From Scenedesmus sp. PABB004 (taxonomy: Eukaryota): DNA of 64,000 nucleotides. The notes beneath the pieces were generated by a model. The model searched no databases. It worked only from the letters and a program-made list of their open reading frames with translations, and was not told where the DNA came from. This document shows, one piece after another, positions 1 through 11,907 of this stretch; the first letter of the stretch is position 1; every line of letters starts with the position of its first letter. The stretch covers positions 124,001 through 188,000 of the forward strand of contig JABVCE010000041.1 in the NCBI GenBank assembly GCA_014905635.1, in the 5' to 3' direction. The position numbers and the translations under genes were made by a program.

Positions 1-1290
1 ACGCTGCTCGCGGCGAGCGACGTCGTGGGGCTGCTGTTCTTCGAGCTCCTGTTCCCCGCCTTCACCGCGCTCTTCTCCGCGCTCTTCACCTTCCCCAACG
101 ACTACCGCATGCTGCTCAAGGAGCGCGCGAGCGGCATGTGAGCGCGGCGGCGCGGCGGCACGCGGGGCCGCGCGGGAGGGAGGGAGCGCGGGGAGGGAGG
201 GCGCAGGCGCAGGCGCGCGCGCGCGGCGCGCGGCGCGGCGCGCCGCCTCTCCCCGCCGCCGCCCGCCCGCCCGCCCGCCCGCCGCCCGTCGCTCGCTCAC
301 CGCCCTGCCCTGCCCCCCTCGGCCCTCCCTCCCCCCTCTCACCCCCCTCACTGCACCCGCCCCAGGTACCGCGTGAGCGCGTTCTACCTCGCGTCCGCGC
401 TGAGCGACCTGCCCATGGACTGCGCGCTGCCGGCGATGTTTGTGGTCATCATCTACTTCATGGGCGGCCTCCGCCTCACCGCGGCCGCGTTCCTGGGCAA
501 CCTGCTCGGCCTCGTGCTCAACGTGCTCGTCGCGCAGAGCATGGGCCTCCTGCTCGGCGTCGCGTTCATGAACCCAAAGACAGCGCAGACGGTGCGGCGC
601 CGACGCGCGGCGGCGGCGGCCGCGGCTGGGGCTGGCTGCGGCGCGGGGCTGGCTGCGGCTGGGGGCTGCTGCCCCCCACCCGTCACCCCCTCACCACCGC
701 CAACCACCCCCGCGCCCCCCCCCCCCCCCAAACCCCAAACCCCACCCCCCAGGTCGCGAGCATTATCATGGTGCGCCCCGCGCGCCGCGCGCCGCCTCCG
801 CGCCGCGCTGCGTTGGCGCGGCGGCAGGCCCCGCCGCGCCCCTCACGCCCCCCCCCTCTCCCTCCACCCCCCCCCCCCCCCCCCCCCCCCGCCCCCCCCC
901 CCCCCCCCCCGCCCCCCGCCCCCCCCCCCCCAGCTCGGCTTCATGCTCGTGGGCGGCTACTACGTGCGCGGCATCCCGGCCTGGATCGGGTGGGTGCGCT
1001 ACACGAGCTTTGTCTACTGGGGGTTCAACCTCCTGGTCAAGATCGAGTTCAGCGGCGCGACCTACTACGCCTGCGGCGCCGGCGGCGGCCTCGCCGGCGC
1101 GGGCGGCGTCGCGCACACGAGCGAGAGCGCCGCGCCGTGCGCGCCGCTGCCAAACCTGCAGGCCGCGCTGCAGCTGCCGACCGACCCGGGCGCGTCGCCG
1201 GCGCTCGAGATCGGCGTGCTGTTTGCGATGCTCGTGCTGCTGCGCACGGCCGTGTACTACGTGCTGCGCCACAAGACCAAGGCCGCGTGA
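1..1290 (+). CDS. ABCG-family (ABC-2 type) transporter, C-terminal membrane domain; 5'-truncated by window edge. Exons approx <1-137, 366-591, 753-770, 934-1290
   Basis: Spliced translation gives MLLKERASGMYRVSAFYLASALSDLP...IIYFMGGLR...FMLVGGYYVRGIPAWIGWVRYTSFVYWGF, typical of ABCG permease domains. GT-AG introns restore the frame; TGA ends at 1290. Confidence 0.9.
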
Positions 1291-2393
1291 GGCCGCTGCT
1301 GCCGGCATCACGCGCCGACGCGCGGCGCGGGCCGCGCGGCGCGCGCGGCGTGCGGGCCGCGCGCGCGCGCGCGCGCACACCCCCTATTGCTGGCCTGGCA
1401 CAATAAGCCCGCCACCGCGCGGGCGGCAATCGACTTGAACCACGTGGCGTTGATCTCTGGCGTCGGCTGGCCGCCGTTGGCACGGGCATTCCCGCGCGCC
1501 GCGGCGCCGGCGCCGACTGCCTGCCTCCCTGGGTGCGCCCGCAGCACTGCGCACTGCGCACTGCGCTCGTAGCGGCAAGGCGGGGGCGGCGGGGGCGGGC
1601 GTGGACCTTCTTGCACATTAGGCGGGAGGGCGCGACGCGGGGGTAAAGGGCCTCGACCCCTGATGCGCGGTGTGGCGTGGCGAGGCGTGCGCGGCTGCGC
1701 CGACGACGCCGCGCCCCGGCTGTCCTCAGCGCGGCAGCGCCGCGAGTCGCAGCGAAAGCCCGGGATCGACAGCCAGGGCCGGCCAGGTGGTGCCGAGGCG
1801 GAGCGCGGCGGGACCGGGACGTCGCTGTGCCGCCGCTGCGTCGGCGCCGCCGCCTGCACGCAGCAGCAGCGCCTCCGCTCCCTCACTTGCGACGCAAATC
1901 GCGACCGCACACCCGCGACCCCCAGCGCGCCCCCACGAGACGCAGCGACCTCGCTGCAGCCGATGCTGTCGGCCTGCTCCGCGCGCGGCTGACCGCCCGC
2001 TTCACTGTCCGCACACTGTCGGCGCCCGGAGCTGCGGCGGAGCGCGCGCAATGCCCGGGCTGGGCGCGCAGGGCCGCAGGCCGGCCGGCGCCGCGGAGCC
2101 TGCCGCGGGCGGGCCGCGAGGTGCGCGCGGGCGTGCCAGGGCGCTCTGCGCGGTCGGGCGGCGGCCAATGGGGCCGCGCGGTCTAGGGCGCGGCAGCATC
2201 CGCGCCCTCCACCGCCAGCACGGCGCGCTGGGGGCCCCGGGGCGGCCGCTCAATGGCGCGACGGCTGGGCCGCGCTGGTCGTCGCACCTGAGCGCGGCGA
2301 GGCACCGCCAGGAGCCCCCGTCGCCGCGCCGCGCGCCGCCGCCCGCCGGCGCTGCTCACCCTGGCCCCGCGCCGCCCGCCGCCCGCCGCGCAG

Positions 2394-5300
2394 GCCTGAC
2401 CAGCGCGGCAGGGCCCTCCCTGACGAGCAGGCGGGCGCCCCGGCGGCCCGCACCCGGCGCTGGGCAGCGGCAGCAATGCATTGCTGGGGTGAGCGCGCGC
2501 TGTGGCAGCGGCGGCAGCGGCGGCGGCGGCAGCGGCGGCAGCGGCGGCGGCGGCAGCGGCGGCGGCGGCGGCGGTGCAGCCCGGCCGCGGGCGGGTCGCC
2601 AGCGCCGCGCCGCGCCGGCGGCGGCGCGCAGCAGCAGTGTGGGGGATCAGCAGGGGGCGCGGCCGCCGCCGCGCCGCGTGCGTCGCGCGCCGCTCACCTG
2701 CTGCCCGGCCGCCCGCCCGCCGTCGCCCCCGCCGCGCCGCCGCAGTCGTCCTACTACCCGCCTGGCAGCCCGCGCCCGCTGTCTGAGCTCATGGCGACGC
2801 CGCAGCCGCCTCCGGGCGCCGCGAGCCCGCCCCCCGCCTCGCCGCCGGCGCGGCCAGCGGCGGCCGGCGCGCCGGGCGCGGCGCCGGCGGCGCCCGCCGC
2901 CGCGCACAGCGCCGCGGCACGCGGCGGGGGGCCGCCGCCGCGCGGCGGCGCCGCCAGCGCCGCCGGCGGCGCGCCGGGCGGCGCGGTGAGCGCCGCGCGC
3001 CGCCCGGGCTCGTCGCCTGGGCCGGGCACGGGCCTGGGCGGCCGCCTCGCGGCGCCGCACGTGCCCGCGCCGGGCGGCGGCGCCGGCCCCGGCGCGTCGT
3101 CGGTCGGCGCGGCGGGCGTGCCGCACCCCTTCACCGAGGCGCCGCCGTACGAGGCGTTTGAGCCGGGCGACAGCGGCTTCAGCGCGCCCACGAGCGCCGA
3201 GGTGGTGACCAGCTCCAGCGGCAGCGTCATGGTCAAGCTCAGCGCCCACTTCAGCGGCCAGGTCGGCGATAAGGTCCTCGTCTGCGGCGGCTGCAAGGCG
3301 CTGGGCAACTGGGAGCCCGACGCCGCGCCGTCGCTCACGTGGGGCGAGGGCGACGTCTGGACGGCCACGCTGGAGCTGCCGCCGGGCACGTTTGAGTTCA
3401 AGGTGCGCCGCAGGACTCGCTGTCGCCGCCACGGCCGCCGCCGCCTGGGCGCGGGGGCACGCACGCTCACGCGCCGCGTCGCCGCGCCGCAGTCGGTCGC
3501 GGTCAAGCCGACCGTGCCGCTGGAGACGCTCGTGTGGGAGCCGGGCAACAACCGCCGCGTCGTCGTGCCGCGCGTGGGCGGGCTGCCGCCGGGCGGCGAC
3601 GAGCTGGACCTGGGCCTGGGCCTGCTGGGCGGCGAGGAGGAGGAGCAGCCCGCGGCGCAGCTCGTGGAGACGAGCGGCGGCAGCACCATGGTCAAGCTCA
3701 CCACCACCTACACCGCGGCGTTTGGGGAGTACCTCAAGGTGGGACAGGGGCGCGCCGCAGGGTTCCGTAGCACGGGGTGTTGTTGACCGGGGGCCGAGGG
3801 TGCACGCCCTGGGGCGGCAGCCCGGCGCGCCGCCGACGCGCGCCGCGCCGCGCCGCGCCGCGCCGCGCCGCGCCGCGCCGCGCCAGGTCGTGGGCGGGCC
3901 CGCGGAGCTGGGCGCGTGGGACGCGGGCGCTGCGCCCGCGCTCACGTGGGGCGAGGGCGACGTCTGGACGGCCACGCTGGAGCTGCCCGCGGGGGAGCAC
4001 GAATTCAAGTACGTGGTCGTGCGCCAGGACGGCCGGCTGGAGTGGGAGCCGGGCGAGAACCGGCGCATCCACGTGCCCCTGCCCGGCCTCGCGGCCGCGC
4101 TCGCGGCGGCCAAGGCCGCGGTCGCCGCGGAGGAGGCGGACGGCGCCGACGGCCGCGCCCGCGCCGCGCCGCCGGGGCGCAAGCTCAGCCCCGCGGAGGT
4201 GTACAAGCGCCAGGAGGCGACGGAGCAGCTGGAGCCGTGGCAGCACGTGGAGCGCGAGGCCGCGGTCGCGGCGGCCGCGGCGGCGGGCGACGGCGACCCG
4301 CCCGCGGCGGCCGCGGGCGAGCCGGCGCCGCCGGCCGTGCCCGCCGGGTGGCGCGAGGTCAAGTTTTCGACGCGCTTCAAGGCCGCGTTTGGGACGTTCC
4401 TCAAGGCCGTGGGCGGGCCGGAGCCGCTGGGCGCGTGGGACGTCGACGCCGCGCCGCCGCTGCAGTGGAGCGAGGGCGACGTCTGGAGCGCGACGCTGCT
4501 GCTGCCGCCGGGGCAGCACGAGTTCAAGGCGAGGGAGGGGGGGGGGGGGGGGGGCGCCGCGCGCTTCACTGCGCCCTGCGCGGCCGCACGCCGACGCCCG
4601 CCGCCGCGCTGACGCCTGCCGCGCTGACGCCCGCCGCCGCGCTGACGCCTGCCGCGCCGACGCCCGCCGCCGCGTCCGCGTCAGCTGATGGTGGTCAACG
4701 CGGACGGCACGTTTGACTGGGAGGCCGGCGACAACCGCACGGTCAGCGTCGAGGCGAGCGCGGCCGCGGGCGAGGCGCCCGGCAGCGTGCTCGTCACGGA
4801 GTGCGAGTACGGCGCGACGGGTGTGACGTCGAGCGTGTGGGCGTCGGTGGACGAGGTCGAGGCGGCGCCGGCGCCGGCGGAGGAGGCCGCGGCGCCGGAG
4901 CAGGCGGCGGCGCCCGCGGCGCCGCCGGCCGAGGCGGCGCCGGTCGCGCCGGAGGAGTGGTACGCCGCGCAGCGCGCCAGGCAGGCCGAGGCGGCCGAGG
5001 CGGCCGCGGCGGCCGCGGCGGCCGCGGCGCCGCCGCCGCCCGCGCCGCCCGCGCCGGCCGCGCCGCCGGCGTCGCCGGCGCCGCCGCGGCCGCTGCAGCC
5101 GCTGGACGCGGTGGTCAAGGTCTTCAAGGACCGCTTCGCGCCGCGCCCGCGCCCGCCCGCGCCCGCGCCGGCGGCGGCGGCCGACGCTGGCGCCGGCGAG
5201 GCGTCGCCGGCGGGGTCGCCGACGGGCTCGGCCGACGAGGACGGCGGCGAGGCGGGGCTGGGCGGGCGCTTTGCGTCCGTCATTGCCTCGCGGCGCGGCG

Positions 5301-6806
5301 GCGAGCCGGGCGGGCCGGCGGTGCTGTTTGTGGACCCGCCGGCGCCCGGGCCGACGCCGCCCTGGGAGCAGGTGCCCGAGGGCGGCGCCAGCGCCGCGCC
5401 GGAGCAGCAGCAGCCCGGCGGCGCGCGCGGCGACGGGGGCGACGCGCCGGAGCGCTTTGCGTCCCAGATCGCGGCGGCGCGGTCACGCCAGACCTCGCCC
5501 GTGCGCGGCGCGCGCGACGCCGGCGCGCAGCGCGGCAGCTGGCGCGCGTCGCCCACGCCGCCAGAGCCGGCGCCAGAGGCGCCCCCCGCGGCGCCCCCCG
5601 CCGGCCAGGAGGGCGACCGCTGGGCCGGCTTCAACTGGCGCCGCAGCGAGCCGGAGCAGCAGCAGGAGGCGCCACGCAAGAGCGGGAGCTGGAACCTGTT
5701 TGGCTGGGGCAGCAAGGCCGAGCCCGAGGCGCCCCCGCAGCGGGAGCAGCAGCCGCCGGCGGAGGACCGGTGGGCCGGCTTCAACTGGCGCCGCGAGCAG
5801 CCGGCGGCCGAGCCGGAGCCGCCGCGCCAGGCTGAGCAGCAGCCGGCGGCGGAGGACCGATGGGCCGGCTTCAACTGGCGCCGCGAGCAGCCGGCGGCCG
5901 AGCCGGAGCCGCCGCGCCAGGCTGAGCAGCAGCCGGCGACGGAGGACCGATGGGCCGGCTTCAACTGGCGCCGCGAGCAGCCGGCGGCCGAGCCGGAGCC
6001 GCCGCGCCAGGCTGAGCAGCAGCCGGCGGCGGAGGACCGGTGGGCCGGCTTCAACTGGCGCCGCGAGCAGCCGGCGGCCGAGCCGGAGCCGCCGCGCCAG
6101 GCTGAGCAGCAGCCGGCGGCGGAGGACCGATGGGCCGGCTTCAACTGGCGCCGCGAGCAGCCGGCGGCCGAGCCGGAGCCGCCGCGCCAGGCTGAGCAGC
6201 AGCCGGCGGCGGAGGACCGATGGGCCGGCTTCAACTGGCGCCGCGAGCAGCCGGCGGCCGAGCCGGAGCCGCCGCGCCAGGCTGAGCAGCAGCCGGCGGC
6301 GGAGGACCGATGGGCCGGCTTCAACTGGCGCCGCGAGCAGCCGGCGGCCGAGCCGGAGCCGCCGCGCCAGGCTGAGCAGCAGCCGGCGGCGGAGGACCGA
6401 TGGGCCGGCTTCAACTGGCGCCGCGAGCAGCCGGCGGCCGAGCCGGAGCCGCCGCGCCAGGCTGAGCAGCAGCCGGCGGCGGAGGACCGGTGGGCCGGCT
6501 TCAACTGGCGCCGCGACTCGGCAGACGAGCCCGAGGCTGAGGCCGGGGCGCCGCAGCAGCGCCAGGATGCTGAGCCCACCACCGACAGGTGGGCCGGCTT
6601 CACCTGGCGCCGCAGCGACGACGGCAGCGCCGCCGCGGATGGCGGCCGCCCCGTGTCGCCCAGCTGGCGCGCGCCCAGCCCCGTGGGCGAGCCCAGCAGC
6701 AGCAGCAGCAGCAGCGAGCCCAGCAGCGGGCGCTTCTCCAAGTTCACTGACGGCAGCAGCTGGCGCAGCGCCTCGCCGGCGCCGCCGCCGCGCGAGGCGA
6801 CCGCGC

Positions 6807-6841
<35 letters not shown>

Positions 6842-9469
6842 CCGCGCTGGGAGCGCACCTGGAAGCGCGCGGCGCCCGAGCCGGAGCCGGAGCCCGCGCC
6901 CGCGCCCGAGCCGGCGCCGCGGCGCGACGAGCCCGGCGCCGCCGCCGCGGGCGGGCGCTTTGCCGGCTACGTCGCGCGGGGCGGCGGCGCGCGGGGCGGC
7001 AGCAGCTGGGACGCCAAGGAGGCGGGCGGCGGGGGCGGCGACTACCTGTACCAGCTTGGGCGCAGCGACTACAACACCAACGTCGACGCGGGGCAGAACA
7101 GCGACATGATCGACTACCTCTTCACAGGTGTGTCGGCGGGCGCGTGGGTGGGTGGGTGGGTGGGTGGGCGTGTGTGTGTGTGTGGGTGGGCGTGTGTGTG
7201 TGTGTGTGTGTGTGGTGTGCGGGGGAGGGGGGGGGACAGAGGGAGCGCAGAGGGAGGGGCACAGGGGGGAGGCGGGCCCACCGCGCGCCGCCGCCGCCGC
7301 TGACGCGCCGCACGCCCGGCGCCGCGCCCGCAGGCAACGTGCTGGGCCACAAGACCGACATCGCCGACGGCAGCCTGCGCGGGTGGGAGGCGCGGACGCT
7401 GAACAACATCGTGGGCGACTACTACATCGCGCCCGTCTTCATGGAGCGCGTCGCGGTGAGGGGGGGGGGTGGTGGTGCGAGCACCGGGCGCCGCCGCCGC
7501 CGCGCAGGGCCCGCCACGCGTGCGCCGCGCTGCCTCGTGGCGAGCGGGGAGGGGGGCAGGGGGAGGTGGTGGGGGCGCCCCGCGCGCGCCGGCGCCGCCG
7601 CCGGCGGGCGTGCAGGCGCGCGCGCGCGCCGTTTCTAGTCCTCGACAAGTCCTTGACAAGTCCTCGACTGCCCCCCCCCCACCCCACCCCCCCCACCGTG
7701 CCAGATGCACATCACCAAGAACTACCTCGCCGACCAGGGCGCCATCGACGCGAGCAGCAACGTCCCCCTCATACTCGGCATATGGGGGCCAAAGGGGTGC
7801 GGCAAGACCTTCCAGGCGCGGAGCCGCGCGGCGGCGGGGGCGGCGCCCGCGCCGCGCGCGGCCGCGCCGCCGCCCCCTGCCGCGCCCCCTCCCGCACGCA
7901 CCGCGCGCGCCCTCACCCACCCGCCCGCCCGCCCCCCAGACCGAGCTGGCGTTCAAGAAGCTCGGCGTGCAGCCGGTCGTCATGAGCGCGGGCGAGCTGG
8001 AGAGCGAGAGCGCGGGCCAGCCGGGTGCGGCGCGCGGCGCACGGCGCGCGGCGGGGCCGCGCGAGCGCGCGCGTGCTGCACCCGGCGCCGCGCGTCACGC
8101 GCCCGCTCGCCTGCCGCGTCGCGCCGCGTGTGCGCGCCTCAGGGCGGCTCATCCGGGAGCGCTACCGCAAGGCGGCCGAGCTGGGCAAGGTGCGGGGCAA
8201 GCTGAGCTGCCTGCTGATCAACGACCTCGACGCCGGCATCGGGCGCTTCGGCAACACCCAGGCGCGGCGGCGGCGCCGCGGCGGCAGCGGCGGCGGCGGC
8301 GCGGGCTTGCGCAGCCAGCGGCTGCTGCGTGCCTGTGTGGGCGCGCGGCATGCCCCTCTCTCTCCCTCTTGCTCTCCCTCTCTCTCCCGCCTCCCTCACT
8401 GTCTCACCCTCACCCCCCCCCTGGCCCTCCCTCCCTCCCCTCCCTCCCCCTCCCGTCGCAGTGCACGGTGAACAACCAGATCGTGATCGGGACGCTCATG
8501 AACATCTGCGACGACCCCAACCGCGTCTCGCTCGGCGCGGGGTGGCGCGAGAACGACACCATACGCCGCGTGCCCATCATCGTCACAGGCGCGCGCGCCG
8601 CTTGCGCCGCCGCCGCCACGCCGCCTTTTGCACCCCTCACAACCCCCTCAAACCCTGCCCACCCTTAACCCCTCTGCCCCCTCCCTAAACCCTGCCGCCC
8701 CCCCCCTCCACCCACCCAGGCAACGACTTCTCCACCCTCTACGCCCCCCTCATCCGTGACGGCCGCATGGACAAGTTCTACTGGACGCCCAGCAGGGACG
8801 ACATCGTCGCCATCGTGCACCAGGCGCGCCCGCGGCGCGGCCAGCCGCGCGCGCGGCGGGCCGGACGGCGCGCGCCGTCGCGCTGCCTCCCACCCTCTCA
8901 CCCGCGCCCCCTCCTCTCCCGCGCCGCGCCGCGCCGGTCCGGTCCCCCCAGATGTACAAGGAGGACGGGCTGTCGCGCGGCGACGTGTGCGCCCTGGTCG
9001 ACACGTTCAGCAACCAGGCGCTCGACTTTTTCGGCGCCCTGCGCGCGGCGACGTACGACGGCCAGATCCGGGAGTGGATGGCCGACGTCGCGGGTGCGGC
9101 GCGGCGCGGCCTCGACGCGCTGCACCGCCGCGCCGCCGCGCCTTGGCTGAGCGCCCGCCCGCCTGCCCGCCCGCCCGCCCGCCCGTGGCGCGCCGCCCCT
9201 GGCGCGCAGGCGCGCCGCTGCACGCCGCGGGCAGCGGGTCGATCAGCGAGGTCAACCGCCGCCTGCTGAGCCAGCAGGGCGTGCCCGAGTTTGAGCCCGC
9301 GGCCATCAGCCTCGACGGCCTCGTCGCGGAGGGGCGGCGGCTCGTCGCGGAGCAGGAGCTGGTCAACAGCAGCAAGCTGAGCGAGGCCTACATGCGCGGC
9401 GTCGCGTGGGGCGAGCGCGACGCGGCGGGCGGGTGGGCCAGCAGCAACGAGACCTCCCTCGACGACTGA
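2394..9469 (+). CDS. Multi-exon fusion protein: probable transit peptide, 3x CBM20, low-complexity linker with 30-aa repeats, Rubisco activase-like AAA+ ATPase. 5' start uncertain (may lie near 2168)
   Basis: Three CBM20 copies (LG[N/A]W..AAP.L.W.EGDVW.ATL.LP.G..EFK...WE.G.NR) at about 3226-3570, 3685-4080 and 4350-4760. One open exon (4685-7127) runs from CBM20 #3 into the Rca N-terminus. Rca motifs across exons 7334-7455, 7705-7815, 7940-8024, 8143-8261, 8462-8588, 8720-8823, 8952-9093, 9210-9469: VPLILGIWGPKGCGKT (Walker A), MSAGELES, CLLINDLDAG (Walker B), TVNNQIVIGTLMNI, TGNDFSTLYAPLIRDGRMDKFYW. Confidence 0.88.
5761..6514 (+). repeat. Coding tandem repeat, 90-bp unit (EDRWAGFNWRREQPAAEPEPPRQAEQQPAA), 8 full copies plus a partial ninth
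   Basis: Units start at 5761, 5851, 5941, 6031, 6121, 6211, 6301, 6391 and 6481, nearly identical and in frame. Diverged motif copies occur near 5615 and 6583. Confidence 0.97.
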
Positions 9470-10337
9470 GGCAGGGCCCGGCCGGGCGCGGCGGCGGCGC
9501 TGCACGGCGCGGCGGCGGCGGCGGACCGGCGCGGGGGGCGGCGAGGGCGGGGCGGGGAACAGGCGGGCCGGCGCGCGCGCGCCACTTTTGATCAACCTGA
9601 CTCGGCAGCGGCGGCGGCATTCGCAAGGCGGGTGGGCCGCAGTCGGGGGGCGCCCGGCAGCAGGGCGCGCCCTGGGTGCCTGCTCTGGTCAAGAAATCGG
9701 GCCGCGGCGGCGCCGCGGCGCGCGCGGTGCCTGCCTGGCGGCGGGTGCGGGCGGCGCGTGCCGCTGCTGGTGGTATGCTGGGCTGTGTGCTGAGACAGGG
9801 CGGCCCTGCGTGCACCAAAGGGTTCTGGGCTGCGGGCGGGTCGGACCGGACGCCACGGCAACCGCGGCGTGCCCGGCACGCACCCTAAACCGCCAGCCGC
9901 CGCCGGGCAGCGACGACCAGTTCACGCCCCGGCCGCCTCAGCAGCCACCGTGCCGCCGCCGCAGAGCGCGCGCCGGCCTGCCCCGCCGCAGCGCGCCGGC
10001 CCTCCTGCCCCGCCGTCGCCTGCGCTCGGCGCCCCGCCGCGCGGCCCCTGCGCTCGCGCACGCGTCCGTGCCGCCCGCGACCAGGCCCGCCAGCCGGCAG
10101 CCCGCCCCAGCACCGCGCCGGTGCGGCCACGCGAGCAGCGGCGGCAGCGGCCGCCCGGGGCGGGCTGCTCTGCAGGCACTGGCGGAGCTCTGATGGCCGT
10201 CCCGTGAGCAGGCAGCGCCCGCAGCGCCCCCCGCGAGGCCCGCCGCGGCTTGACGCCGCCCGCCGCGCCGCGGGCAGCAGCGGCGGCGCAGCGGCGGGCA
10301 GCGGCCCGCGCGCCCGCGTCGCCGCCGGCGCGTGGCC

Positions 10338-10775
10338 ATGGCGCGGCCGGCGTCCGTGGGCCGCAAGGCGGCCAGCGAGACGGAGGACGAGCTGCTGCAG
10401 CGCCGCATCGCGCACGCGCAGTGGCTGGCGGGCCTGCTGTCGGAGCCGGGCTCGACCGCGTCGCTCACGGTCGGCGCGTACGGCGCGCTGCTGGACGAGC
10501 TGCTGCTGGACGTCGCGGTGGAGGCGCACCGCGAGGCGCGCACGGGCGTGCTGCCGCCCGCGCCGCCGCCGCCGCGCGCGCCGCGCCCGCCGCCGGCGGG
10601 CGCGACCGACGCGTTTGGCCAGGTGCACCCCGGCAGCGCGACCGACGTCGTCGTGTGCATGAACTGCGGGCGCAAGGCCGCGGCCGGCCGGTTCGCGTAC
10701 CACCTCGAAAAGTGCCTCGGCAAGGGCCGCACCCAGGGCGCCGGCGCGCGCACGTCGCGCCGCACCGGCGCGTGA
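10338..10775 (+). CDS. SGF11: SAGA deubiquitination module subunit Sgf11 (single exon)
   Basis: Helix LLDELLLDVAVEAHR followed by the Sgf11-type zinc finger CMNCGRKAAAGRFAYHLEKCLGKGR. Confidence 0.88.
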   Translation: MARPASVGRKAASETEDELLQRRIAHAQWLAGLLSEPGSTASLTVGAYGALLDELLLDVAVEAHREARTGVLPPAPPPPRAPRPPPAGATDAFGQVHPGSATDVVVCMNCGRKAAAGRFAYHLEKCLGKGRTQGAGARTSRRTGA

Positions 10776-10847
10776 CGCGCCGCGCGGCGGCTGGCGCTGC
10801 CGGGCTGGCCCAGCTGGAGCTGGAGCAGCGGCGGGCAAGCGCGCGCA

Positions 10848-10852
10848 TGTAA
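10848..10852 (+). promoter_or_regulatory. Putative chlorophyte polyadenylation signal TGTAA for SGF11
   Basis: TGTAA about 70 nt after the stop in otherwise AT-poor DNA. TGTAA is the known chlorophyte poly(A) signal. Confidence 0.55.
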
Positions 10853-11907
10853 CGAGGCCGTGGTTTACTCGTGCGCGCGTCAGGTCTGGCCAGCTCCTTC
10901 GCGCCCCGCCGCGATGCCCTCGCCCCGCAGTCGCAGCATCACATCATGTGTGGTGATGCGTGTGTGTGGTGATGCGTCGCATCATGCGTATGATGCAAGC
11001 TAGCATCACGGCGCTGTCCGCATGTGTGTGTGGGCGTCACAGCTGTGCAGCAGCCGCAGGTATACACACTGTGAGCCGCCGTCAGAGGCGTGCGCGCGCC
11101 GCGCCGCGTGCACGCAGTGCCCGGCTGCACAGCGAAGGTTGTGTTTTGTCGGACGTCCTGCCCCAAAACGCGATGGCGCACGGGCCATCGCCCACATGCA
11201 GCGCCCGCCGCCGCGGCCACGCCCCACACCTCCCGCCCCCCTCCCCTCGCCGCCGCTGCATTCACGCGTCCCGACTCCCTCGCTCTCCTGCGGTGCAGCA
11301 CATCGCAAGACACGAGCCGCCGCTATGGCTGCCGCGCCGCGCGCTCGCTCCGCATGTTTGGCCCAAGACCCCCCTGCCAGCGGCGAGCAGCTCGCCGCTG
11401 GGTGCGAATGCAAGAGATGCTGCCTGCCTGCCCCTGCGCAGGCCCCCGCTGCGAGGCGCCCGCGGTGTCCCTGCATTTGTTGGTGCGTGTGCGCGCGGTG
11501 CGCCAGCCGCCGCCAGGCCCCCGCTGCCCCTGGCCGCCCTCAGCGCCCCCCCCCCCGCCTGTGCTCCGTCGCCCCCAACTCTTCCAGCAGCCCGCCGCGC
11601 CGCGCGGTGAGCACGCGGCAGCGGCGGCCGCCGCGCAGATTCAAGTGCGCCCACCAAACCATTCCGGTGATGCGGTGCGCGTGCGAGTGCGCCCCCGGGC
11701 AGTGCTCGTGCGCTGGTCAACGTGACTAGTCAAATCAACTCAAGGCTCAACCCTGGGTTTGCTGGACAACTCAGTAATCAACCCTGGTGGTGGACAGCAG
11801 CAACGCCGGCGCCCGCAGCGGCGGCACGCGGCAGCAACAACACTGCACAGATCGACCGAACCAGCGCGGGATGGGCGCGCGCGCGCGCATGCGAGCTGAC
11901 CCCCCGC

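Noticed and set aside
4590..4680. Short tandem repeats within introns or UTRs (also 7639-7668, 12993-13048, 23363-23422)
   Set aside because: Local slippage duplications. The first multiplies a CTGAC branch-like motif, but nothing supports a further function.
5761..6514. Regular repeat array as a possible CRISPR
   Set aside because: There are no unique spacers. Whole 90-bp units are identical, in frame, and inside a eukaryotic exon.
7139..7220. (GGGT)n/(GT)n tracts and poly-C/G runs (also about 865-931, 15980-16010, 32575-32640)
   Set aside because: Ordinary intronic or intergenic simple repeats; not telomeric arrays.
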